From Candidatus Norongarragalinales archaeon (GTDB taxonomy: Archaea > Micrarchaeota > Micrarchaeia > Norongarragalinales > Norongarragalinaceae): a stretch of DNA of 64,000 nucleotides. Position 1 is the stretch's first letter; each line of letters begins with the position of its first letter. The stretch covers positions 636,953 through 700,952 of the forward strand of contig JAWABJ010000001.1 of the NCBI GenBank assembly GCA_038884755.1, read 5' to 3'. Positions 19,497 through 29,599 of the stretch are shown one piece after another. A program made the translations under genes and the position numbers. The notes beneath the pieces are model-generated. The model had not been told where the DNA came from. It saw nothing but the letters and a program-made list of their open reading frames with translations, and did no database searches.

Positions 19497-19829
19497 ATGA
19501 TAGGCGAATCGAGGCAGCCCAGGATAGTTTCCATAGGCAGGCAGCAGAAAAGCTTGATGGACTACCGCGAAGCTGGTGAGTACGTGCCCTACCGCAGGCA
19601 GACGCCGGCGTTTTACGCCGAGGCGAAACAGCTTTTCACCGACAACGAAATAATACTGCTCGCAATTTGGCTCGTTGTCTCTCCTTCCGCGGCGTTGGCG
19701 TACTTGATTTGGATAAAATACGAGCACTTGAGGCTTTTGGCACTGCTGCTGTTTGCGGTCGGAATAATCCACGCAGCCTACCAGTGGCAAGGCTTTTACG
19801 GGTTCGTTAGGAACCTCGCCGGTTTTTGA
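19497..19829 (+). CDS. Small membrane protein
   Basis: 110-aa ORF with two TM segments. Confidence 0.6.
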   Translation: MIGESRQPRIVSIGRQQKSLMDYREAGEYVPYRRQTPAFYAEAKQLFTDNEIILLAIWLVVSPSAALAYLIWIKYEHLRLLALLLFAVGIIHAAYQWQGFYGFVRNLAGF

Positions 19830-19876
19830 AACGCGAGCGTGGGGTTTAAAGAATTCGCGACACAATTCTTTACGGT

Positions 19877-20207
19877 GGGCCTATAGCTCAGCCTGGACAG
19901 AGCAACTGCCTTCTAAGTCAGGCTTTTCTTTTCACAAAAGAAAAGCCCGACGCGGTAAAAGAAAACTCGGTTTTTCTTTGGCGCGGCGCCAACCGCACCT
20001 TTCTTTTCGTGAAAAAGAAAGGGGCAAGGCAGCAGGAGGTCGGGGGTCCGAAAGGAGGAGAAACCAAGGTTTCTCCTCTCTACGCCTCTTCCTTTCGAGG
20101 AAAGAGAAAGGCGCGTTGCGCAAGAAAAAATAGTTTTTCTTTGGCGGCGCCCTCGCCTTTCTTTTTTCTAAAAAGAAAGGCAAGGCACGGAAATCCCCCT
20201 AGGCCCG
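19877..20207 (+). tRNA. tRNA-Arg(UCU) with two long introns (19916-20030 at 37/38; 20053-20193 at 59/60)
   Basis: GGGCCTA/TAGGCCC acceptor stem; anticodon TCT; BHB helix TCCG/CGGA for the second intron. Confidence 0.88.
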
Positions 20208-20262
20208 CTTTTTTGCTGAAGAAAACGCAAGAGTTTTTATCGTTAGGCTGGTTAAGTATGCG

Positions 20263-21009
20263 ATGATAAAACTCAACGTTTTCCCCTTGGATTTGGAGTA
20301 CGACGATTCCGAAAAAAAACTTTACTTCGAGGGAGTCGAACTTTCGCCGAACGTGCGCACTCTCGGCGAAATGTCGAGCGTGGTTTTAGACAAGGTTTTT
20401 TTCGAGAAAGCCGACAAGAAACGCATTCAGTACTACATGTTCAGGGAGATTGCGAAGAAAGGCGACGTCGAGCTTTTCAAAACCCCGCCTTTGGAATTGT
20501 CTTACGACATTACGGTGATTCCCACGCTCGATTTGGGGAGGGAGTTCAACAAAACCCTGGGGCATTACCACCCGAAAAGCCCGTTTGGAGCGCGTTATGC
20601 CGAGATTTACGAAGTGCTCGAGGGTGAAGGGCATTACTTGCTGCAACGCCTTGATGAAAAAACGGGAAACGTTGACGACGTCATGCTTGTGATAGCGAAG
20701 AAAGGCGACAAAGTGGTAGTGCCGAACGGCTATGGGCACATTTCCATAAACCCCAGTTCGAAAACACTGGTTTCCGCAAACATCACGGGCGTTTTCAAGA
20801 GCGAGTACGACCCTTACAGGCTCAAGGGCGGAGGGGCTTATTACGAATTGATAGACGATTCGCTTTCTCCCAACGAAAACTACGCGAACCTTCCGCTCAT
20901 TAAAACGGTCGACGCCATGGACTTGCCTTTGAACCAGCAGTTCGACGGCGACAACATTTACGCGCAGTTCGTCGAAAACCCGACGAAGTTCGACTTCCTG
21001 AAAAAGTGA
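20263..21009 (+). CDS. Cupin-type glucose-6-phosphate isomerase
   Basis: YDITVI, KTLGHYH, EIYEVLEG, GYGH.SIN, GGAYY. Confidence 0.9.
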   Translation: MIKLNVFPLDLEYDDSEKKLYFEGVELSPNVRTLGEMSSVVLDKVFFEKADKKRIQYYMFREIAKKGDVELFKTPPLELSYDITVIPTLDLGREFNKTLGHYHPKSPFGARYAEIYEVLEGEGHYLLQRLDEKTGNVDDVMLVIAKKGDKVVVPNGYGHISINPSSKTLVSANITGVFKSEYDPYRLKGGGAYYELIDDSLSPNENYANLPLIKTVDAMDLPLNQQFDGDNIYAQFVENPTKFDFLKK

Positions 21010-21022
21010 TTGCCCGGCACAA

Positions 21023-22984
21023 TCATCTTCGCGCGAGGATGAGGAAAACAAGCAGCAAACCCAAAATCGAAAGGCCCATTGCCGCGTAATCGTACCACGG
21101 TTTTTCAAAACGCAGCACGACTTTCTCTCCCCGCTCGACCCCTTCCACCGCGACAAGCCCTCCTGCGGCTTCAAGCACGCGCAATTCTTTTCCGTTAGAG
21201 TAAGCTTTCCAAAGCGGGTAGTGCATTACCGAAACGAAAGCGAAGCCGCTTTCGGGCGCGGTGAAAACGAGTTCCCTCGCGCGTTCGTCAAACTCTGTTT
21301 CGAAAGCGACTCCTTCCTCAGAAGACGCCAAGCGCAACGCCTCGCTCGCGTTTTTTTCGTCGACAGAGTAATCCGAGCTTGCAGGTTTGGTTTTAGGAAG
21401 GGTGAAAACCTTGGAAAGCGGCTCGAACGAATGGCTGGAAACAAGCTCCCTCTCGAAAAACTCTTCCGCATCGTCCAAGTCAAGCAAAACGCCTTGGGAA
21501 ACGAAGCCGCCGACGCCAGGCGCTTCGTAAGTGATGACGTTGTTGCGCTGCTGCACGAGCACGAAGCGCACGTCTAGCAAGACCAGCTTGTTTTCGAACG
21601 AAACGGTGCCGTTGGAAAAGCCCAACCCGCTCACGAACGCTGAATACTCGGGATTGAGCCGCTCTGGGGGGTCGTAAAGCGTGGTGGAATTGCCGGAAAG
21701 CGAGACGAGCAGAACGTCGTCCTGCAAGTTCTGTCCTACAGTCAAAAACCGCCCTCCCCCGCCCCTGTAATCCAAAACCGAGTAGTAGTAGGAAATTACT
21801 GGAGCTACGGGAAAAGAGTATGACGGCGCGGGAATCGCCAGGGGGTTCAAATCCAATGCTATTGCCATCGTTACGAGCGCAATTGCAAACCAGCGGGGCA
21901 AATCGACGTTCGAAAACCGCGCTTCTATCGCGCGCGACGCGAAGCCGGCTGCCAGTGCGGCGAAAAAACTCAGGAAAAAAGCGGGTCTGGACAGCGTTTG
22001 GTTCAACGGCGACAGCGCTTGCGGGAAAAGCGTGTCGAGCAAAAAGAAAGCCAACAACGCTAAAATGGCGTGAGAGTGGGGCGTTTTTTCCTTAAGCGCG
22101 CGGTAAAAGAAAACTGCGCAAAGCGCGGCCACGCTGAAGCCCAAGTAAAGCGAGTGCACGGTTTCCAGAGAAAACTCGCGCTGGAACAAGCTAACCGCAA
22201 TATCCACGGGATTCACATTGCCCGCGCCGGAAGGCAGGTAGCGCGCCAAGTGCGTTTCCCGGAATTCGAACAAAAACGGCAGGAGAAAGAAGGACGAGGC
22301 GAGGATTGCGATTGCAATAGCCAAAGCCAATCGCTTTAAACCTTCGGCCGCCGCAAAACCGGAGCGCGTCAAGAAAACCCACGCGAAAGAAATGAAAATG
22401 AAATACGCGGCCGAAAGCGGGTGGGTGGAAAGGGCAACGGCAAAGAGGATTGAAAGCGCGGCCAACGCCTTTCTTTCAAATTTTTGCGAAAGGCTTTCGG
22501 CGCATAACAGAATCCAAGGAAGGAGGGCGTAAGCGAAAACGCGCGTCAACGAGCCCCACAATCTAGCTTCCACTGCCAACGGAAAGCTAAGCAACGCCGC
22601 CAAGGCCGCAACGAACGCAAAACGACCTTGCAAACCAAGCTTTTTCGCGAGGAAAAAAACTCCCGAGGCGAGGAGGAAGTATGAAACGAAAACTAGGAAC
22701 GAAAGAGAATTCCAGACTCCCATCACAACCGCGAACGCACCGCTCAGGAAGTAAAAAAAAGGCGGGTAGGTGCGCGAGAAAACGCTGTTGGTGAAAAAAT
22801 CGAAGGAAAAATCGAAATTCCCGCTTTCAAACTGGTGTTGGGCAAACCAAGTGCCGTAAGCGTGAAAGCCTATGTCGGTCCCCAAATTCGCTGGAATGCT
22901 TTGCTCGCCCTTCCAAGCGCTCGTGGCAAAAAGGCACGCTATCGAAAGCAAGAGTAGAAAAAACGCGCTTTCGTTCCATTCCAC
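21023..22984 (-). CDS. Multi-TM GT-C/YfhO-like membrane protein
   Basis: D..FH and YPP motifs, many TMs, C-terminal YPLWKAYSNG domain. Confidence 0.7.
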   Translation of the reverse strand: MEWNESAFFLLLLSIACLFATSAWKGEQSIPANLGTDIGFHAYGTWFAQHQFESGNFDFSFDFFTNSVFSRTYPPFFYFLSGAFAVVMGVWNSLSFLVFVSYFLLASGVFFLAKKLGLQGRFAFVAALAALLSFPLAVEARLWGSLTRVFAYALLPWILLCAESLSQKFERKALAALSILFAVALSTHPLSAAYFIFISFAWVFLTRSGFAAAEGLKRLALAIAIAILASSFFLLPFLFEFRETHLARYLPSGAGNVNPVDIAVSLFQREFSLETVHSLYLGFSVAALCAVFFYRALKEKTPHSHAILALLAFFLLDTLFPQALSPLNQTLSRPAFFLSFFAALAAGFASRAIEARFSNVDLPRWFAIALVTMAIALDLNPLAIPAPSYSFPVAPVISYYYSVLDYRGGGGRFLTVGQNLQDDVLLVSLSGNSTTLYDPPERLNPEYSAFVSGLGFSNGTVSFENKLVLLDVRFVLVQQRNNVITYEAPGVGGFVSQGVLLDLDDAEEFFERELVSSHSFEPLSKVFTLPKTKPASSDYSVDEKNASEALRLASSEEGVAFETEFDERARELVFTAPESGFAFVSVMHYPLWKAYSNGKELRVLEAAGGLVAVEGVERGEKVVLRFEKPWYDYAAMGLSILGLLLVFLILARR

Positions 22985-22998
22985 CGCAAAAGCCCTTT

Positions 22999-24648
22999 TT
23001 ACATGTCCATGCCGGGACCGCCCGCTCCGCCCCCGCCAGGAGGCATTGCAGGCGCCTTGCCCTTGGAAGCGATTATGTCGTCAATGCGCAAAATCATTTC
23101 AGCGGCTTCGCTCGCAGACTGCATCGCCTGTTTCTTCACGCGAACCGGCTCTATGATTCCCAAATCACCCAAATCGTGGACGCGCGCCTTGTAAACGTCT
23201 ATTCCCAAGCCGGAGTTTTTCTTCTCGTGCTTGCTGCGCAAGTCCACGATAGTGTCAATGGGGTCCAGACCACAAGACTCGGCCAAAGCACGTGGAATCA
23301 CTTCCAGCGCTTCGGCGAAAGCGTGAATGGCCAGCTGCTCCCTTCCACCGACTTCAACCGCGTATTTGCGAAGGCGCATCGCCAACTCCATTTCAGTGCT
23401 GCCCCCGCCAGTCACGTACTTGCCATCCTCAACCGCAGACTTGACAGAGCCTATGGCGTCAACCAACGCCCGTTCAGCCTCGTCGACAACATGCTGCGTG
23501 CCCCCGCGAACCAAAAGCGTAACGCTTTTCGGGTCCTTGCACTTTTCTACGAAAACCATTTGCTCGCCCGCGACCTTGCGCTCTTCAACCAGCCCGGCGT
23601 GGCCCAAATCCTTGGTCCCGAGGTCGTCGAGAGTGGTTACAATGCGGGCGCCAGTAGCGCGAACGAGCTTTTCCATGTCGCTCTTTTTCACGCGCCTTGC
23701 GGAAAGTATTCCTTTCTTGGCGAGATAGTGCTGCGCAACGTCATCAATGCCCTTCTGGCACATGAGCACGTTCGCTCCGGAAGCCGCGATCTTGTCCACC
23801 ATTGCCCTGAGCATTTTCTCTTCCTGCTCCAAAAACGCGGTCATCTGCTCCGGCGAGGTTATGGAAATCCGCGCGTCAGTCTCAGTCTTTTCTATCTCCA
23901 ACGCCGCGTCGAGCAAAGCGATTTTAGCGTTCTCGATTTTTTTGGGCATTCCCGGGTGCACCACTTCCTTGTCGATGAGCACTCCGTTTATGAGGTTGGT
24001 CTGCATTACGTCCCCGCCCTGCTTTTTCTCTAGCTTAATGTAATCCTTGTCCACAGTAATCTTGCCGGCGCTTTCAACTGCAACTTGCGTTACCGCGTCT
24101 ACAACCATTTTCGCGAGAAAATTGCGGGCTTCGCCAGCTGAAACCGTTTTGCTCCCCATGGAAACAGCCGCGATTTTCTCGAGCGTAGCCTTGTCTTTCA
24201 AGCCCACGGTTTGCGAAACGGAATGCAATTCGTCAATCGCCTTTGCAGAAGCCATTTTGTAGCCCGCGATTATGGTCGAAGCGTGAATCGACTGGTCGAG
24301 CAAGTCTAACGCATTCTTCAAAAGCTCTCCCGAAAGCACGACAGCAGTAGTCGTCCCGTCGCCCACTTCCTCGTCCTGGGTTTTCGCGATTTCGACCATC
24401 ATTTTTGCAGCAGGATGCTCCACGTTCATTTCCTGCAAAATCGTGGCGCCATCGTTCGTTATCACTATGTCGCCCATGTCTGAAACCATCATCTTATCCA
24501 TTCCCCGCGGGCCTAGAGTCGTTTTGACTGCCGAAGCCACGGCATACGCCACGGCAATATTCGTCCTTTGCGCATCCCTTCCCAATAGCCTTGAAGAGCC
24601 TTCCGGCAACACCAAAACGTTTTGTCCGTTAATTTGTCCTTGAGTCAT
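22999..24648 (-). CDS. ths: Thermosome subunit (group II chaperonin)
   Basis: [28 protein letters not shown]-like tail. Confidence 0.98.
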   Translation of the reverse strand: MTQGQINGQNVLVLPEGSSRLLGRDAQRTNIAVAYAVASAVKTTLGPRGMDKMMVSDMGDIVITNDGATILQEMNVEHPAAKMMVEIAKTQDEEVGDGTTTAVVLSGELLKNALDLLDQSIHASTIIAGYKMASAKAIDELHSVSQTVGLKDKATLEKIAAVSMGSKTVSAGEARNFLAKMVVDAVTQVAVESAGKITVDKDYIKLEKKQGGDVMQTNLINGVLIDKEVVHPGMPKKIENAKIALLDAALEIEKTETDARISITSPEQMTAFLEQEEKMLRAMVDKIAASGANVLMCQKGIDDVAQHYLAKKGILSARRVKKSDMEKLVRATGARIVTTLDDLGTKDLGHAGLVEERKVAGEQMVFVEKCKDPKSVTLLVRGGTQHVVDEAERALVDAIGSVKSAVEDGKYVTGGGSTEMELAMRLRKYAVEVGGREQLAIHAFAEALEVIPRALAESCGLDPIDTIVDLRSKHEKKNSGLGIDVYKARVHDLGDLGIIEPVRVKKQAMQSASEAAEMILRIDDIIASKGKAPAMPPGGGGAGGPGMDM

Positions 24649-24777
24649 ACCACATCCACCTCTCTTGAAAAAGCATTGATACGATTAGAAACCGCAACTA
24701 CGCTGTAGCAAAAAGCGATTGCCTGAGAATTGACCTTCCATATTTATACGCGCAAAGTGTCTTTTAAAAATTTCGGT

Positions 24778-26493
24778 TCAGGTCCTTTTGCTCCTCGCTT
24801 CGATGACCTTCCGCTTGCCCTCGATTTCCTTGTCATCTATTTTCTTGAACAGGATTTCTGGCTCCCCCAGCGTGTGCCCGCTCTTCAAACCCAATTCCAA
24901 GGCATCATCCCACTCCACGCCTTCGAACCTCACGTTCAACTGCGAAAAAATCCGCCTGGAGGTGAACGGCACGAACGGCTCGAGGATTATCGCGATGCTA
25001 CGCAGCGCGTTCGCAGTGAGAAAAACGCAGGTTTTCGCTTTTTCGGGATCAGTTTTGATAGCATGCCACGGCGCGGAGTCGTTGAAGTACTTGTTTGCCT
25101 CGCGGGCGAGGCCTACGGCGCAATGCAACGCTTCCTGAAGCTTGTACGCCAAAAGCAGTTCACGCGTTTTCTTTACGCTATCCGCAATGGTTTTCTTGAA
25201 CGCCTTGTCGCCCTCGTCAAGCTTTTTCGAAACGGGGATTTTCGAGCCGTAGTTGTTTTTCGCGAAAACTAGGCAGCGTTGAAGCAAGTTACCCAGCGTG
25301 TCGGCCAAATCGCCGTTGACGCGTGTTTGAAACTCGCTCCAGAAAAAGTTGGTGTCGCTGTGCTCTGGCAGGATGGATAGGAGATAATAACGCCAGTAAT
25401 CCGCTGGAAACCAGTCCAGCGCCTCGTCCGTAAAAATGCCCCACTTGCGAGACGTAGAGAATTTTTCGCCTTCGTAATTCAAGAATTCGACACTCTTTAC
25501 CTGGTAAGGGAGTACGGCGTATTCCGACGCGAAAAGCACCGCCGGCCACGTCACCGTGTGAAACGCAATATTGTCTTTCCCAAGAAAATGGATTATTTTC
25601 GATTGCGGACCACGCCAGTACTCCTCCCACCTTGCGCTTTCCCCTTTCTCGTCGAAAAGCTGTTTTGTAATCGAGATATAGCCTATGGGCGCGTCGAACC
25701 AAACGTAGAAAACCTTGTCTTCGTACCCTTTCAGCGGCACGCGCACTCCCCACTGCAAATCGCGCGTTATGCAACGCTCCCGCAAGCCTTCGCGAATCCA
25801 CTGCAGCGCGAAGTTTCTCGCGTTGGAAGGCCACTGCTTTTGCTTTTCAATCCACTTGCGCAGTGGCTCGCTGACTTTCGGAAGGTCGAGAAACAAGTGC
25901 CTGCTCTCGCGGAAGTCGATGTTGTTTTTTCCGCAAATAACGCACGATGGGTTCAAAAGCTCTATCGGGTCGAGGACCTTGCCGCATTTTTCGCACTGGT
26001 CGCCCTTGGCGTAAGGGTAAGCGCAATGCGGGCACTTGCCGGCCACGTACCTATCCGGTAAAAACCGCTTGTCGGTCAGGCAAAACGGAAGCTTCAGGGT
26101 TTTTTCCGCAATCAACCCCTTCGCATGCAAGCGCTTGAACACTTCCTGTGTGGTCTCGTGGTTTTGTTTTGCGCTGGTACGCCCGAAGTAATCAAAACGC
26201 AATCCCCACTTTTCGTATATGCCGCGCTGGATTTCGTAGTACTTGTTGACGTAATCGCGAATGGGCGTTTTCTCTTCGAGAGCTGCGACTTCGCAGGCGG
26301 TCCCGTGCTCGTCCGTCCCGCATACGAAAATCACGTCTTCGCCCTGCAAGCGTAAAAAACGCGCGTAAACGTCGGCGGGAAGCATGCTTCCCAGTAGGTT
26401 GCCCAAATGCTTTACCCCGTTGACGTAAGGCAACGCGCTCGTGACAACTATCTTTTCCTTTGCTTTCGCCTTTCCCTTCAAGAAGCAAACCAC
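24778..26493 (-). CDS. metG: Methionine-tRNA ligase
   Basis: SALPYVNG.KHLGN, GTDEHG, Zn knuckles, YVWFDA, KFSTS. Confidence 0.97.
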   Translation of the reverse strand: MVCFLKGKAKAKEKIVVTSALPYVNGVKHLGNLLGSMLPADVYARFLRLQGEDVIFVCGTDEHGTACEVAALEEKTPIRDYVNKYYEIQRGIYEKWGLRFDYFGRTSAKQNHETTQEVFKRLHAKGLIAEKTLKLPFCLTDKRFLPDRYVAGKCPHCAYPYAKGDQCEKCGKVLDPIELLNPSCVICGKNNIDFRESRHLFLDLPKVSEPLRKWIEKQKQWPSNARNFALQWIREGLRERCITRDLQWGVRVPLKGYEDKVFYVWFDAPIGYISITKQLFDEKGESARWEEYWRGPQSKIIHFLGKDNIAFHTVTWPAVLFASEYAVLPYQVKSVEFLNYEGEKFSTSRKWGIFTDEALDWFPADYWRYYLLSILPEHSDTNFFWSEFQTRVNGDLADTLGNLLQRCLVFAKNNYGSKIPVSKKLDEGDKAFKKTIADSVKKTRELLLAYKLQEALHCAVGLAREANKYFNDSAPWHAIKTDPEKAKTCVFLTANALRSIAIILEPFVPFTSRRIFSQLNVRFEGVEWDDALELGLKSGHTLGEPEILFKKIDDKEIEGKRKVIEARSKRT

Positions 26494-26649
26494 CGCTTAT
26501 CGGCAAACGCAAAAAAATATGGAAAAACAAGGTTAAAAATGAGCGTCGGGATTGCGCGCAAGCGCTTCACAAAAAGGGGGGGGGAAGGCTTATGCAGAAA
26601 TGCAGGAAATCTTTTGCTTCCAGCAAGGCTAAGAATGCATTTCTGCAGC

Positions 26650-26676
26650 TATAGAAGCCGGATGCCGGCTTCTATA
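26650..26676 (-). terminator. Perfect 12-bp hairpin directly after the small gene's stop codon
   Basis: TATAGAAGCCGG-ATG-CCGGCTTCTATA. Confidence 0.55.
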
Positions 26677-26826
26677 TTATGCAGCCTTCTTCAAATCCTT
26701 GATTCTCTCTGCGACGCCCTTCGCCTCTTTTTCAAGAGACTCTTGGTAGTCCTCGAGCATCTCGATTTTCTCTTCCTTCGTCAGGAAGCCGCGCATGCCG
26801 TAGCACCCGCAGTCGTATCCACCCAT
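26677..26826 (-). CDS. 49-aa coiled-coil protein (DUF5320-like), not in ORF track
   Basis: MGGYDCGCYGMRGFLTKEEKIEMLEDYQESLEKEAKGVAERIKDLKKAA; RBS GGAGGTG. Confidence 0.8.
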   Translation of the reverse strand: MGGYDCGCYGMRGFLTKEEKIEMLEDYQESLEKEAKGVAERIKDLKKAA

Positions 26827-26848
26827 TTTGCACACCTCCCTATTTTGT

Positions 26849-26904
26849 TATCGGACATACGATATACAGCAAAACGCATATTTAAATATATCGGTCGTCC
26901 AATA
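26849..26904. promoter_or_regulatory. Divergent promoter with two putative PadR operator boxes flanking a TATA
   Basis: TATCGGACATACGATATA and TATATCGGTCGTCCAATA are mutual inverted repeats around ATATTTAAATAT. Confidence 0.6.
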
Positions 26905-26909
26905 CGTTT

Positions 26910-27212
26910 ATGGGAAAAACCGATGCTTGCTGTGACATGCGGGGGATGCTGTCGTTCTTGTTGCTGTTCTTGATTTCGAAAAAGCCCATGCACGGGAAGG
27001 AAATAGCTGACGAGCTGGAGCGCAGGAAGGGAGAAAGGCCGAGCCCTGGAACCATTTACCCCGCACTGAAGGCTTTGAAGCAATCGGGGTTCGTGAAGGA
27101 GAAGAAATCGGGCAAGACGATTACGTATACCATTACCGACAGCGGGAAGCGGGCGTTGAAGGTTTCGAGGGATAGGTTTTGCAGGACGTTCGTAGAAGTT
27201 TTCGAGGCATGA
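26910..27212 (+). CDS. PadR family transcriptional regulator
   Basis: PMHGKEI, PSPGTIYPALKAL, YTITDSG. Confidence 0.92.
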   Translation: MGKTDACCDMRGMLSFLLLFLISKKPMHGKEIADELERRKGERPSPGTIYPALKALKQSGFVKEKKSGKTITYTITDSGKRALKVSRDRFCRTFVEVFEA

Positions 27213-27218
27213 GGTATC

Positions 27219-27488
27219 ATGAGCGAAGCAACCGAATTAAGAAAGGAAATAGGAAAGCTCAAGGAGAGGAACACCAAAGTAGAGGCGGACAAGGCTTGGG
27301 AAACGAGCTGGGCGAGAAAACTCTTGATTTTCGTGCTTACGTATTTGGCTATGGTCGTTTATTTTCAAGCAACGGGACTTCCGAATCCGCTCGTCAATTC
27401 CTTTGTGCCAGCATTGGCTTTCGTCATTTCCACCCTAAGCCTGCCTTTCTTCAAGAAACACTGGACTGAAAGAATTTACAGAAAGTAA
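27219..27488 (+). CDS. Small membrane protein
   Basis: VEADKAWETSW followed by two TM helices. Confidence 0.75.
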   Translation: MSEATELRKEIGKLKERNTKVEADKAWETSWARKLLIFVLTYLAMVVYFQATGLPNPLVNSFVPALAFVISTLSLPFFKKHWTERIYRK

Positions 27489-27490
27489 AA

Positions 27491-27631
27491 TGCTCCGCCC
27501 GGGATTCGAACCCGGGTTGCTGGCTGTCCATACGGCCTTTCTTTTTTCGTCGAGGTTTTTTCTTTCCGCGAAAGAAAAAAAAAAGGTCGTTTGAAAGGCC
27601 AGCGTCCTGGACCGGACTAGACGAGCGGAGC
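27491..27631 (-). tRNA. tRNA-Glu(UUC) with 66-nt intron at 37/38 (27526-27591)
   Basis: GCTCCGC/GCGGAGC; spliced anticodon arm CTGGC-CTTTCAA-GCCAG. Confidence 0.92.
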
Positions 27632-27674
27632 TCTTCTAGCATTAGGGAATAGAAAGAATTTGCTCGCGCGGGTT

Positions 27675-28337
27675 TTAAATGATTTTTCTTTCGCGAAGTT
27701 TCGAGAAGACGAGCATGGAAACCTCTTCCTTGCCTTTTAGCCTCCCGTTTTCCATGCATTTTATGACGAGCCAGTGTTTTTCCTTCGCCAAACGCAGGTA
27801 GTTGTCGTAGACGGCGTTCGCGTAAAAAGCGTCTTTCTCGTGAATGTCTTTCTTGACCCCGCGAATCTTGTTCTTCCTTTTTTCAATCAGCCTTCCGCTT
27901 TGGACCGGCGGAACGTCGAGAAATATTACTATATCGGCTTTAGGCAACCCTTGCTCCACGCGTTCTATCCACTCGAGCATTCTTCTTCTTCGTTCTGCAG
28001 TAAGCCCCGCCGTCTGGTAAGCTAGGTTGGCTTGCGTATACCGGTCTAAAACGACGATGAAGCCTTTCCGCAAGTAATCTTCAATTTCGCCTTTGCGTGA
28101 ATACCGGTCCAAAGCGTAAAGCAGCGAGGCAAAGTGCTTTGAAACTTTCCCTCGCCCCCCAAATTTTCCCTTCAAGTAAAGCGCGATTAGCTTTCCCACG
28201 GGAGTGGCGTAAGAAGGAAAGTCCATCAAAACCGCTTTCTTTCCCGAGCGCTTGAGGTTTTTCACCAAAAGCTCTGCTTGCGTTTTCTTGCCCGAAGCGT
28301 CAATGCCTTCGAAAACGATTAAAGCCACTGAACCCAC
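27675..28337 (-). CDS. tmk: Thymidylate kinase
   Basis: FEGIDASGKKTQ, LYALDR, LDRY...AYQ. Confidence 0.94.
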   Translation of the reverse strand: MGSVALIVFEGIDASGKKTQAELLVKNLKRSGKKAVLMDFPSYATPVGKLIALYLKGKFGGRGKVSKHFASLLYALDRYSRKGEIEDYLRKGFIVVLDRYTQANLAYQTAGLTAERRRRMLEWIERVEQGLPKADIVIFLDVPPVQSGRLIEKRKNKIRGVKKDIHEKDAFYANAVYDNYLRLAKEKHWLVIKCMENGRLKGKEEVSMLVFSKLRERKII

Positions 28338-28347
28338 CGTTGGAAAA

Positions 28348-28902
28348 CTATCTTATGAAATTGCGCAGCACTGATGCCGCGAAGGGAATAAGGATGTTGT
28401 CGTCTACCTTCAAGTCCACGCTTTCGACTACTGCCAGCAAAAGCGAGTATATAACGGCGTTTTGCAGGCCCAAAAAAAACATTGACGAAGCGACGCCCGC
28501 TAGGATGAAAGCGCCAAGTCCGTCCCAGGTCTTATTCTTGTTGAACGGAAGCGGGCGCGTGCCTGAAACGCCGACGAGCGTGGCGAAACCGTCTCCGAAA
28601 GCTAGAATTGCAAGGATTCCCATCGCGAAGTTGAAGTCAACCGCGGAAAACAGGAACAGGGCGCCTGCCACGTACGTGAGTCCGCCGCGCGCGGGAATGC
28701 GCTCGCGCCTGTCGAAGGTTTCCAGCATGAAGTCTATGAACTTGTTCCTCCACCCTTCGATTTTAAGCTGCACGAACATCAAGCCCAAAAGCAGGATTAT
28801 TCCCAAAAGCAGTATGGTCAAGTCGCGGCCTGCAAAGTTGGCTATGAACAAAAGCATGGTTCCGAAGAGCATGTGCAAAATCTGTCGTCCCAGTTCCACC
28901 AT
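28348..28902 (-). CDS. Dolichol/phytol kinase family (SEC59/DGK1/VTE5)
   Basis: RQILH, GDGFATLVG, KTWDG, DDNILIP. Confidence 0.88.
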   Translation of the reverse strand: MVELGRQILHMLFGTMLLFIANFAGRDLTILLLGIILLLGLMFVQLKIEGWRNKFIDFMLETFDRRERIPARGGLTYVAGALFLFSAVDFNFAMGILAILAFGDGFATLVGVSGTRPLPFNKNKTWDGLGAFILAGVASSMFFLGLQNAVIYSLLLAVVESVDLKVDDNILIPFAASVLRNFIR

Positions 28903-28915
28903 TCGCAACACCGTT

Positions 28916-29428
28916 TCAGGCTACTTTCTTGTTCAACAGGTTTTCGTCCAGCATCTCGTCCAAGTCGAACTTCGCATCGCCGCCGTAAAACTTTTGCCAA
29001 ATTTCGAAAACTGCAAGGTAAACCATTACAGCCAGAGCCACGCCTCCCGCAATCTGGTCGAGCGAGTGGACGCCGAGCCAAACCCTTGACAGCGATATTA
29101 TTACGGACAAGAAAAACAACGGGAGGAATAGGGACGTTCCTATCGCGCCCATGGCTAGGGCGGTTGTTGCTACGGCGTGCGTGGAGGGGAAGCCTTCGGA
29201 AGAAGGGCAGGGAATCTGACCGTTGCCCGCGATTTCACAAGGGCGTGGTTGGTCGAAAAAAGCTTTCAGGCCCACGCCCAGCGCCAAAGCCAAGACCAGC
29301 GAAATGACGAAAACCTTCTGGTTTTTGGCGAAAAAAAACACTAGAAGGAAGGCGACTGCAGCGTAGGCAAGGAAACCCCAAGTGCTGTGGAAGAAAAGCC
29401 CTATGGAATTGAAAACGGAGGTTAACAT
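28916..29428 (-). CDS. PAP2 family phosphatase
   Basis: K..F.QPRP, FPSTHA, SRVWLGVH..DQ. Confidence 0.9.
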   Translation of the reverse strand: MLTSVFNSIGLFFHSTWGFLAYAAVAFLLVFFFAKNQKVFVISLVLALALGVGLKAFFDQPRPCEIAGNGQIPCPSSEGFPSTHAVATTALAMGAIGTSLFLPLFFLSVIISLSRVWLGVHSLDQIAGGVALAVMVYLAVFEIWQKFYGGDAKFDLDEMLDENLLNKKVA

Positions 29429-29508
29429 GAGAAATCTCGAAAGGACTTAAGAAAACAAGGCTTTTTAGTCTTGCGAAAGCAAAAAAGTTTTGAAGAAAAT
29501 ACCTATAC

Positions 29509-29598
29509 GCCGGAGTAGCTCAGTTGGTTAGAGCGCTAGACTCATAAGCGCAACGCTGTGAAACCTAGAGGTCGGGTGTTCAATTCTCCCCTCCGGCA
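29509..29598 (+). tRNA. tRNA-Met(CAU), probably elongator, 16-nt intron at 37/38 (29547-29562)
   Basis: GCCGGAG/CTCCGGC; anticodon CAT; BHB with GCG-CAA-CGC intron hairpin. Confidence 0.9.
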
Positions 29599-29599
29599 T

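Noticed and set aside
19932..20266. Lys/Phe-rich ORFs at 19247-19462, 19932-20266, 27451-27759 and 47859-48109
   Set aside because: Translations of intron-containing tRNA genes and hairpin repeats
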